Assembly: GCF_963921235.1 (NCBI RefSeq)
Contig: NC_086124.1
Location: 24,490,001-24,554,000, forward strand
Source of the DNA: Mobula hypostoma
Lineage: Eukaryota
DNA length: 64,000 nt
Direction: 5' to 3'
Made by a program: the position numbers and the translations under genes. Positions 38,355 to 48,100 of this stretch are shown here, one piece after another (the stretch's first letter is position 1; the number at the start of each line of letters is the position of its first letter). The notes beneath the pieces are model-generated. The model worked only from the letters and a program-made list of their open reading frames with translations. It was not told the origin of the DNA and ran no database searches.

Positions 38355-39000
38355 CAACGCACACAAAATGCTGGAGGAACTCAGCAGGCCAGACAGCATC
38401 TATGGAAAAAAGAACCGTCGAAGTTTCGGGCCGACACCCTTCGGCGGGACTGGAGAAAAGAAAAAGATGAGGAGTAGATTTAAAAGGTGGGGGAGAGGAG
38501 AGAGAGACATCAGATGATAGGTGAAACTGAGAGAGGCAGGAATGATTGGTGAATGAGATACAGGGCTGAAGAAGGGGAGGAGGGAGTCGGATAGGAGAGG
38601 GCAGAAGGCAATGGAAGAGAGAAAAGAGTGGAGCACCAGAGGGAGGCAATTGGCTGGTGCGAGAGGGAAAGGGGGATGGGGAATGGTGAAAGGGGGGTGC
38701 ATTACCATAAGGGGGCAGGGGCTGGTTGGGGGCATGACATCAGGTTGGAGGTTACCCAGGCAGAATGCAAGGTATTTCTCCAACCTGAGTGTGCCCTTAT
38801 CGCGACAGTATAGGAGGCCATGGACTGACATATCAGAATGGAAATGGAAAGCGGAATTAAAGTGGGTGGCCACTGGGGAATACCACTTTGTCTGGCGGTC
38901 GGAGCGTAGGTGAGGAGCTGCTTCACCTGTGAATCTGTTGGGGTTATATACTGTACTATACCCAGTGCTCCCAGTGTGGCCTCCTGTATATCGGTGAGAC
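38355..39000 (-). mobile_element. Penelope-like element fragment with an inverted GIY-YIG piece (38910-39000, +)
   Basis: Minus strand PVATHFNSAFHFHSDMSVHGLLYC; plus strand FTCESVGVIYC...GLLYIGET; same family as 54620-56100. Confidence 0.85.
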
Positions 39001-39649
39001 CTGGCAGTGCTGGGGGAATTCAGTGCCACTGTCCCTGTTCTTTTCTGCAAGTGAGGGTTCAAAATGTTATGTGTAGGGGGACTTTGGTTGTTACTGTGGC
39101 TGTTTTTTTTACTGCGGACGAGGGGGAATTTTGGGGTCTGTGAGTTTTGTTTCTTTTCTTTTTCGTGCCGGTTGGGGTGGGGGGAGTTGATGTGTTTTCT
39201 TTCATCAACACCCATGGTCTTCCGGTATTTAATGGCTATCTGGAGTAGACAAATATTAAAGTCGTATCATACATGCACACTTTGACAATAAAAATTAACC
39301 TTTGAACCCTCCCCGCCATCAAGGACATCTTCGAGAGGGCGGGATTCATCATTAAAAACGGGAGGGGATTTACAGGAACCTGAAAATCCACAATCATTCA
39401 GGAAGTGCCTCCGCCACCACATTTTTTATTGTTCCATAAACGCGACCTCACTATTTTTGTTACACAATATTTATTGATTTTGTAATTCATTGTAATTTTA
39501 TGACATTGGCAGAGTAGCGTTGCCAGAAAGCAACAAATGTCACGACAGCTATAATGCGGTGATAATAAGACAAATGACGAAGGTAGGCTTATACTAGGTC
39601 AATACCCAGCATTGAATTTCTCTGTGTCAACAAGTCACGTCGCAATTTC

Positions 39650-40325
39650 ACGCGGGGCGGCCTGGGGAAGAGGGCGGGGCCACGAGCAGCTGAAGCCCCA
39701 CCCACCCCACACAGCTTTGCAAAGTACTTGGCTTCTTCCTGCAGTCCGCCCCTCCTCTCCGTAGTGGCAGGTCCCAACAACACCCCTCCCCCTCCGCTCA
39801 TTGGTATCTCCCGCCTTCCCACCCCCCCCACCGCTTCTACTCAGTGGTTGCGCCTGCGCTTCCAACACAAACATGGCGGCGGGAGAGGAGGCGGTTGCCA
39901 ACGGCGACAACCGGCTGCACTTGTATCCTTTGATTGATGGACTTCGACCGGGTGCGCCGGGACGACGGAGGAGATGAAGTAGCTGAGGGGTACGGCGGGG
40001 TAAAGGCCGATCCACCCCGCCGGGAAAACAGACGGTAGACACCAGTATGGTGGGAGCCGCTCCGTCTTTCGTGAAGTACGCATTCGCTAAGCGTGGAGGC
40101 TCCTGGGGAATGTAGTCGTGTGCTATACATCCCCCTGTGGCGCATGCGCCTACCCTTTTGAGGACCAGATGAAAGATTTCATTTCTGCGCGCACGTTGCC
40201 GCGGAAGCTCCTGGGGAATGCAGTCTAAAGCTTATTGCTAACAGGGCATGCGCTCCGTTGCGAAGGCTCTTGGGTGAATGAGCGCCTTGTGAGTGCTGCA
40301 GCCTGCTGGGAGTTGTAGTCTCTAC
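39650..40325 (+). promoter_or_regulatory. CpG-rich housekeeping promoter region of LAGE3 (GC box, YY1, NRF1, three ZNF143/Staf-type sites)
   Basis: GGGCGGGG at ~39672; AACATGGCGGC over the ATG; GCGCATGCGC 40140-40149; CTGGG(G)AnTG(T/C)AGTC at 40103-40117, 40211-40225 and 40306-40320. Confidence 0.7.
39873..39922 (+). CDS. LAGE3: LAGE3 coding exon 1
   Basis: Good Kozak context (AACATGG); ends at the U12-type donor GTATCCTT; in phase with exon 2. Confidence 0.85.
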
Positions 40326-42734
40326 AATGTTGCAAGGGTCTCGATGATTTCTGTACGTTAAACCAGAGATGCCCAGTAATCCTTCAAAATTGCCTTTCAT
40401 TTCTTTGTCAGATCCAACAAGGCCAGTTTATGTTCCCCATCCCTAATTGCCCTCAAAAAAATGGGGGGTGGTCATGCCACACCCTTGAATCTCCACAGTC
40501 TGTTGAAGGGGGCTGCAGGGTTTAGACCCTGTGACGGTGGTCGTGATCAAATAGCAGAGCAGACTCGATGGGCCGAATGGCCTAATTCTCTCATACTTTA
40601 CGGTCTCATAGATTTGGGACAGCAGGCTGATGGGAGCGTGGAGATTATGGGTAACGGTGGTCCCTGCTACCCCTCGCTGGAGAGGCACTGCAGTTGGAAG
40701 GAGATATAGTGAAAGTTGCCCGAGCGAGAAAACGATGTGAACTCTGCGGACACACACTGCCCACCAGTGGTGGGGAGAGATGTCCAGGGGCATGGATAGG
40801 ATGCCAAACAAGTGGGCTGGATGGTGTTGGCCTTCTCTACAGTTGTTGGACCTCAGCAGGTGGGGATTGTCCTATCACACTCCTGAGCCGTAGAGCAGGG
40901 AGAAGGTAATGTGGCGGATGCAGAGTGCATGGACTAACTCCAGCCAGGGAAGTTAACATCACACTTGTGACCCGTGGGAAGGCCCGGGAGGTGAGTCACC
41001 TACATGAGGACACCTCCCCCTCCGCAGCCATCCTGCTTTTACAGTGGCATGGAGGTTCCAGTCAGCTTCAGAGAGGCACGGGGTACGTGCGCGTGGGGTG
41101 GTTGGCACAGGAACAGGGCCCCGTTTCCCTCGCCATTTCTGTTATCACTCCTTAGCGAGGGGCCGCAGTAATCTGACTGTCCCTTTCCCATCGGCGAGGG
41201 AGGCACAGATCGCCTTGGGATCCCTCAGCCCGGACGCCGAGCCCAGGAAAGGAGGAATCAGCAAAACTTTAACCGTACAAGGCTGCACACTTCAGGGGTG
41301 AGTGCGTGGAGTGGTATCTTTCTATTTCCTCCCATGCCCCATCCCACCACACCACCAATTTATTTATTTCTTTACAATCCGTGTTTCACACGCGTTCCTT
41401 GTCCGTCCCTATCTGCCCCTTAAGAAACGTGCAAGACTCCAGTTCGGAGCCAGGATGTGCAGTATGGGGCTGCTGGAGGACCTTCTCTAGGGCCCTCAAT
41501 GCCGGGGTCATACAGGCACTTCTTGGTTGCTTGTCCCCCTCCCTCACTTTGAAAGTTCAAAGTAACTTTATTATCAAAGCACATATATACGTCAGCATCT
41601 GCAACCCTGAGATTCATTATCTTGCGGGCGTACTCAACAAATCTACAGAATAGCAGCCACCACAGAATCGATGAAAGGCCGCCGAATTGCGTTTTCAACC
41701 AGTGAGCAGAAGACAAGCCTAGTTTTAGCCCCCCCACCACCACCACCCCTAACTTACTGACTGCCCGTTACGCCACTGGTCTTTAATGCAGCAGTGAGGG
41801 TCCTCTGTCTCTGGCAGTGTTCTTCATCGTGTCAATAGCTTCAGCTGGGTTTTCGCTACTGTCCGTCATGCAAATCCCAGGTGGAGGCTCAGGAATAGTC
41901 ACATTCAGATGTAGAAGGATTCTTCACTGCTTGATCCGTAACTGTTCTGTTTGACCAGTCAGGGTTGTTAGCCCTGAGCTGAACCTCCGAACCCAGAGGA
42001 CCACACTTAGCCTGACCTCTACCCTTTGACCTGCTTGGCATGGGTGACCCTACCGGGAGCCAAAGCACAAAGCCCTGACTCCAGCCGACCTGGCTCTCCG
42101 GGTCATTGAGCCTCCAAACCCTACGACGAGGTTGGGGTCCTCTTGGAGGGAGCGAGGAGGAGGGCAAGAGTAAAGGTGGGGCAGTGGGCAAGCCCACCTC
42201 CATCGGGTTTCGGTGAATGTGCAGAGCCAGCTGAGGGCTTTAAAGGCACCAGAGAGATGAGAACTGCCGCCAGTGACTCGCAAAACTCGTGAAAAGGCAG
42301 GGATGGGCGGCTCGGGTGTCGTGATGCTTTGGAGCACCCACCCTTCCACACTCCCACCCTTTCTAGTGAGCTCAGCCACCAGATTTTTGCCCCCACACAC
42401 TCAGTGGGGGGGGTGACAATAATGCCTCCCTCCTTGCTTCATGTCAACCCCCCCGCCCACTCTCCCCATCATCTCTCTCCGCCATCTCTTGCCACCGTCT
42501 TCCCCCACTCTCTCTCTCTCCCCCCCCCATTTCCCACCCACTCCCTCCCTCACCCACGCCAAACACCTCGCTGCCTGCCGCATCTCACCCACCCTCCCCT
42601 CTCTCTCCTCTCTCCACAGCCACTGGGAGGCAGAGGAGGCCCGAATCCTCCGGGTGTCCGTCAGCTCCTTCCTGGACCACCTCACCCTGGTGCTGGAGAC
42701 CATGGACAGATTCGGGCCGGCCGGCTCGAGCTAG
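39873..42734 (+). CDS. LAGE3: EKC/KEOPS complex subunit LAGE3 (Pcc1 family), join(39873..39922,41169..41297,42620..42734), 97 aa
   Basis: Spliced product MAAGEEAVANGDNRLHFNLTVPFPSAREAQIALGSLSPDAEPRKGGISKTLTVQGCTLQGHWEAEEARILRVSVSSFLDHLTLVLETMDRFGPAGSS matches the Pcc1/LAGE3 pattern (LxVPFP..EA.IA.GSL.PD.EP; W.AE..R.LR.SV..FLD.L.LV..TM.RFGP); intron phases are consistent (2,2). Confidence 0.93.
39923..41168 (+). other. U12-type (minor spliceosome) GT-AG intron
   Basis: 5' site GTATCCTTT; branch-like TCCTTAGC at 41149-41156 with the A 14 nt from the 3' end; no polypyrimidine tract between branch and CAG. Confidence 0.85.
41169..41297 (+). CDS. LAGE3: LAGE3 coding exon 2 (129 bp)
   Basis: NLTVPFPSAREAQIALGSLSPDAEPRKGGISKTLTVQGCTLQ; flanked by CAG and GTGAGT. 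Confidence 0.92.
42620..42734 (+). CDS. LAGE3: LAGE3 coding exon 3
   Basis: Long pyrimidine tract plus CAG; HWEAEEARILRVSVSSFLDHLTLVLETMDRFGPAGSS*. Confidence 0.93.
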
Positions 42735-42887
42735 GGGTGGGGTGCTGCGGGCCACCAGTCCAGCGGTGGCCAGCTCCCAGGGGTGCTGTCAGTGGGTGAT
42801 TCGGGACGTGTGTGTGCGCGCGGCTGCCTCCCAAGCTGGAAGTGCAGACTGATCTGCGGAGACGGCGGGGACTGGGCGGACTGCGGG

Positions 42888-42893
42888 AATAAA
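42888..42893 (+). terminator. Probable LAGE3 polyadenylation signal AATAAA
   Basis: 154 nt after the stop codon and followed by a GT/T-rich stretch. Confidence 0.7.
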
Positions 42894-42989
42894 CGGCAGA
42901 GTGTCGACGGCCGTGGTTCCTGTTTCTTACCGTTGGGGTGGGGGGGTGGGCAGGGACAGGCACTGGCACTGGTACAGTTCACTTTTCTT

Positions 42990-43262
42990 TACTGATTTAT
43001 TGAGATACATCACAGAGTCGCCACCCCCCCCCCCGGCCCTTCCAGTCGTGCCGCCCAATTTAACAGCACCCTTATCACCATGACCAACTAACCTGCCAAC
43101 CGGTACGCCTTTGGACTGTGGGAGGAAACCAGAGCACCCGGAGGAAACCCGCGCGGTCCGTGGGGGAGGAGGTAGAAACTCCTCCCCGAGGGGACGCCGG
43201 AATTGAACTCCGAACCCCCGCGATGTGATCGCGCCGTGCTAACCCTTTATGCTCCGCGGACC
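42990..43262 (-). mobile_element. V-SINE (tRNA-derived)
   Basis: Minus strand GGGTTTCCTCCGGGTGCTCTGGTTTCCTCCCACAGTCCAAAG central domain and B-box GTTCAATTCC. Confidence 0.75.
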
Positions 43263-43746
43263 CTCCTGACAAACCTATCCCGCGCACGCGCACACACACA
43301 CACTTCAGTCGCTGCTCCTGCACGGGAGGCGACTGTACCGTCTGCAGTCCAAATCCGGACGTCGGCAGCGGGACCCGGGACCAAGTGTCCGGGGAAGTTT
43401 TCAACTCCCCACTGGAGGGATCTGCTCTGCCTCAGCCAGAGGGGCTCGGGTAAACCGGTGGGGGGGGGGTCAATATGGGAGCAGTACACAGAGGGACATG
43501 TGGCGAGGGTGGGAACAGACACGCAGAAACACAAGAGAAGACGGGCACTATCTTGGGTCGAGGAACCCATTTCCGTGCCGCGCCACCCCAGCACAACGAA
43601 ACCTCTGAGGACCGAGGAGTGTTTGACGGGGACGGGGAGTTCGACTCCAGCCCCCAACACCCACCCCAGGGTGGAGGGGCGAGTGCCGACTGACACCAGA
43701 CTCAAGAGTGGGGGAGGACCATTCCAGAAGGAACCTCAGATCAGTT

Positions 43747-43752
43747 TTTATT
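43747..43752 (-). terminator. Candidate polyadenylation signal of the RAB7-like gene
   Basis: AATAAA on the minus strand ~1.28 kb downstream of the stop at 45029. Confidence 0.5.
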
Positions 43753-45028
43753 AACCTGCTGTCCGTTCCGGTCCACCTTCAGTGGCAGCGGGCGTGGGTA
43801 ACTGGAAACTGTGGAGTTCGGGGACTCTGGCCTGGGAGAAAGTTGTGGGGGGAGCAATACAGAAAGGGAAAAGTCAGAAATCTGTAAACATCACCCCACC
43901 CTCCACACCAACCCCTCCCAAAGAACACAAACACTAAAGGCGGCCGATAGGCGAAGCAGATGGGGAGGAGAGCCGGACAGGGCTGGTGGGGAGACCCCAG
44001 CCTTTACCTGGGAGGCGGGGGGCAGGGCGTCCCCACTTGTTGCTTCCACCGACCTCACACAAACTACGGTGTGGCCTCCCTCTGCACCCGTCCCGCAATC
44101 TGGGACAGGAGGGCAGGGATTTGGGGGAGATCACTGTCCAACCATTCCTGATCATCCTCTCCTGCCCCCTCTCAAACCCCATTCCCAGAAAGGGGACAGG
44201 ATTGGGGTATGACTACCTTCTCCACTGCCCAGCGCCAGAGGGTTCTGGCCCCTCCCTCCACCCAGGTGACAGCCCTTCCCCTCCTCTTCCTGCGGCAGGG
44301 TCACTGATGCCCATCCCTAACTCTCCCTTGCCTGCTGCCCAGCCCAGAGGTCATGAGGCCTTCCCTTGTCCCGGGACAGTTGCGAAGGTGACACAGGCTG
44401 GAGATGGCCCCTGAATCCTCTTCTGGGCCGGGGAGTGGTGTCACTGGCGCCCAGTTCTCTTTCTACTCTGTCTGCTACCCAGCCCGGTAGGGTCAGACCA
44501 CTCCCTTGCCTGGGACGGGGTGAGAGAGTCACAAAAGATGGAGACAGCACCCCCCCCACCCTCTCCTGTGGGCCAGGGGGTGGGAGTGTCACTGGGCTCC
44601 AACCTCTCTCTGTCTGCCTTGTCTACTATCCAGCCCAGAGGAGACGGATTCCTGCCTCGTCCTGAGATGGTGACGCTGGTTGGAGACAGCCCCCTCCCTC
44701 TCCTATCCTGGGCCAGGGAGGTCACTGAGGGCTTGACGGGACAAACCAGCTTGGGGTCAGGGGTCCCGCCGTTCAGTTTCCCCATTTCACGTGGGGTACA
44801 TGCTTGGTTTAACAAATAATCCAGGTGGAAAGAGTTTCTCGGGAGCAGGACTCAGCCCCACCCAGATGGCAGGGAGTTGGCCCCACACCAGAGGGAGGCG
44901 GCGGCCGGGAGGGTTACTAGAGTGAAGGTGAGCATTCCTCTTCCTGAACGAGGTGAGGGGGTGCACAGAGTGCGGTAAATAACCGGATCTCACCGCTTAG
45001 CCCCCACCATCCCCCTCCCCTCCGATGG

Positions 45029-45124
45029 TCAGCACTGGCAGCTGTCTGCATCCGCTGCCGCCCTGTCGGCCTGGTCCAGCCGAATCTGATCGGGGACATC
45101 ACTGTAGAGATCAATCTCAGACTC
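45029..45124 (-). CDS. RAB7A: RAB7-like last coding exon (96 bp)
   Basis: [31 protein letters not shown], ending in a CxC prenylation motif; strong pyrimidine tract plus CAG. Confidence 0.9.
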   Translation of the reverse strand, partial: ESEIDLYSDVPDQIRLDQADRAAADADSCQC

Positions 45125-48100
45125 CTGTGGGGTGAGGGGAGAGAGAGAGACCATCACTCAATGCGTCCAGTCCAGCCCAGCCCAGCCAAGGGACAGGAGA
45201 TCGCACCCAACCCCACCCCCCCACCCAGACAATCTTCCTACACGCAGCAAACCGCTGAACCCCACAGGGATTTGAGCCGCACTCCAACGCCTGCAGGAGG
45301 CCAGCGGGCCGGGCAGACTCTGCGGAGGGACATGGAGAGGCAAAGGCTTTTCTCCTGGACTGGAAAGGAAGAGGGAGGTGAGGGGAAGGAGTGGAGACTG
45401 ATAGCGCCAAGTGAGGGGTCAGGGTAGTGAGCAGATAGGGGTAGGGGAGATGTGGGTATAATATCTGAGCTGAAGATGACAGAGGAAGGTGGAACGTGAA
45501 ATAAAGTTGCGGGGGGGTGGGGGAGGGTTGTGGAATTCATGGAAACCCAAGTGAATATTGAAAGGCCTGAATGGAGTGGACACGGAGAGGATGTTTCCTA
45601 TAGTGGGGGAGTCGAGGATCAGAGGACACACCCTCAGAACAGGACGTAGCATTATTAATCAGGGACCCCCGCCCACCACACAGGATGTGCTCTCATCTCA
45701 CTGTTGCCATCGGGAAGAAGGTACAGGAGCCTCAGGACTCACACCACCCGGTTCCAGAACAGTTATTACCCCTCAACCATCAGACTCCTAAACCAGAGAG
45801 GGTAATTTCACTAGCCCCAACACTGAACTGTTTCCACAACCTATGGACTCACCTTCAAGGACTTGTCATCTGAAGTCCTCGATTTGTTTTGCTTATTTGT
45901 TTATTATTATTTCTTTTGTATTTCCACAGTTTATTGTCTTTTGTACACTAGTTGTCCAAAGTAAAATTTATCATAATACCTATATGTCACTTGAGATTCA
46001 TTTTCCTGTGGGCATACTCTGCAAATCTATAGAGTAGTAACTATAACAGGATCAATGAAAGATCAACCAGAGTGCAGAAGGCAACTAACTATGCAAATGC
46101 AAATATAAATAAATACGAATAGATAATTGTGGTTCTGCGGAATGCTCTGCCTCAGAAGGCAGTGGAGGCCAATTCTCTGGATTCTTTCAAAAAAGAGTTA
46201 GACAGAGCTCTTAAAGATAGCGGAGTGAAGGGATATGGGGAGAGGGCAGGAAAAGGGTACTGATTGTGGTTGATCAGCTGTGATCACAGTGAATGGTAGT
46301 GCTGGCTCGAGGGGCTGAATGGCCTACTCCTGCACCTATTGTCTATAATGAGAACATCTGATAATGAGCTAAAGCGTCCTTAAAGTGAGAATCATTGGTT
46401 GTGGGAACATCTCAATCGATGGATGACTACACTTATTCCCTTTGTTCAAGAGCCTTTTGGTTGAGGGGTAGTAGCTGTTACTGAATCTAGTGTTGTGAGT
46501 CTGGAGGGCTCTTGCACCTTCTACCTGATGGCAGCAGCAAGAGCTTGGTCTGAATGGTGGGGATCTCTGATGATGGATGCTGCTTTCCTACGACAGCGTT
46601 TCATGTAGATGTGCTCAGTAGTTGAAAGGCTTTACCCATGATGTGTGTGATGTCTGCCCTGTTCGATGTGGCCTTTGATTGTGTTATGGTTATTGGAATT
46701 ATTGAGTATGCCTGCAAGAAAACAAATTTCAGGGTAGTATATGGTGACGTACATGTACTTCGGATGTTTTTAGCCAGAGGGTGGTGAGTCTGTGGAATTC
46801 GTTGCCACAGGCAGATGTGGAGGACAAGCCATTGGGTATATTTAGAGTGGAGGTTGATAGGTTCTTGATCAGTTGGAGGTCAAATGTTATGGGGATAATA
46901 ACGCTGCCATAAAGGAATGGCGGAGCAGACTTAATGGGCCAAAAGGTCTAATTCTGTTCAATGTCTTATGGTCTAAAGCAGTGGTCCCCAACCTCTGGGC
47001 CACAGACTGATACCAGGAAGCGTGCAGTGGTGCGTAGCCCAGGCGCACCCAGCACATCTTTAAGAAAAAAGCCGAAATAAACAAGCTAATTAATTAGGTG
47101 CCATCCAGAAGCCAGTCTTCATTAGAGGAACTGAGGTGGAGAAAGTCAATAAATTCTTCGGCATTAAGGATCGACGTTTCTCTCTGTCAAAAGTGTCAGA
47201 GGATCTGTCTTGGGACCAGCACGTAACTGTCATCACAAAGAAAGCACGGCAATGCCTGTACTTTATTAGAAGTTTGTGCAGATTCAACATGTCACCTCGG
47301 TCCTGACAGCCCTGTCTTTTCAGCCCGTCTGGGCTGGAGTTTAAATTGACCAAACAATGGAACAGCTTAAGGCTCCATCACCCTGGAAAGAGGAGAGAAC
47401 ATCGCATAGAGCAAGTGAAATCGGCAATCGCCTCTGATCTGGGCAGCACCTAATTAACTAGCTTGTTTATTTCGACTTTTTTCTTAAAGATGTGCTGGGT
47501 GCACTCTGGCTACCGCTGCACCCCTGCATGCTTCGCAGCCCGGAGGTTGGGGACCACCGGTCTAAAGGAGGTGGGGAGGAGAGAGGAACCAGGGTGAGGA
47601 GAGTATGTGTGTGTGTGGGAGGAGTGTTGGGTGACGGACTGATCAAGAGGGTAAGGGAGCTGCTGGGGGCAGAGGTAGGTGGTGACCAGAAGTTAGGGAA
47701 GTCGATGTCTGTGCCATCAGGTTGGAGGTGGAACATGAGGTGCTGCTTCTCCAAACTGGGTGTGGCCCCAACGTGGCGATAGGGGAGGCCATGGATTGTC
47801 GTGTTGGAACGGGAAGTCAAATTGGAATGGGTGGCCACCTGGAGATCCGGCCTCTCGCAGTGGAATCAAAATGGGCCGTCACCGGGAAAACCCAAACACG
47901 AGGAAACCTGCAGATGCTGGAATTTCAAGCAACACACATAAAAGTTGCTGGTGAACGCAGCAGGCCAGGCAGCATCTCTTGATCCGAGACCCTTTGTCAG
48001 GACTAACTGAAAGAAGAGCTAGTTTCCAAGAGGAGGAATTTTCTAGAATACCTACGAGCACCTTTTTTAAAGCAGCTCATGACTGAACCCCCGGGGGATC

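Larger units (their letters stand above)
25412..39300 (+). repeat. Segmental duplication unit C (expanded by unit-specific insertions; runs into the intact LAGE3 locus)
   Basis: Begins at the position homologous to ~3429/16919; co-linear with A and B through GPCR, Tc1 and Gypsy remnants. Confidence 0.85.
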
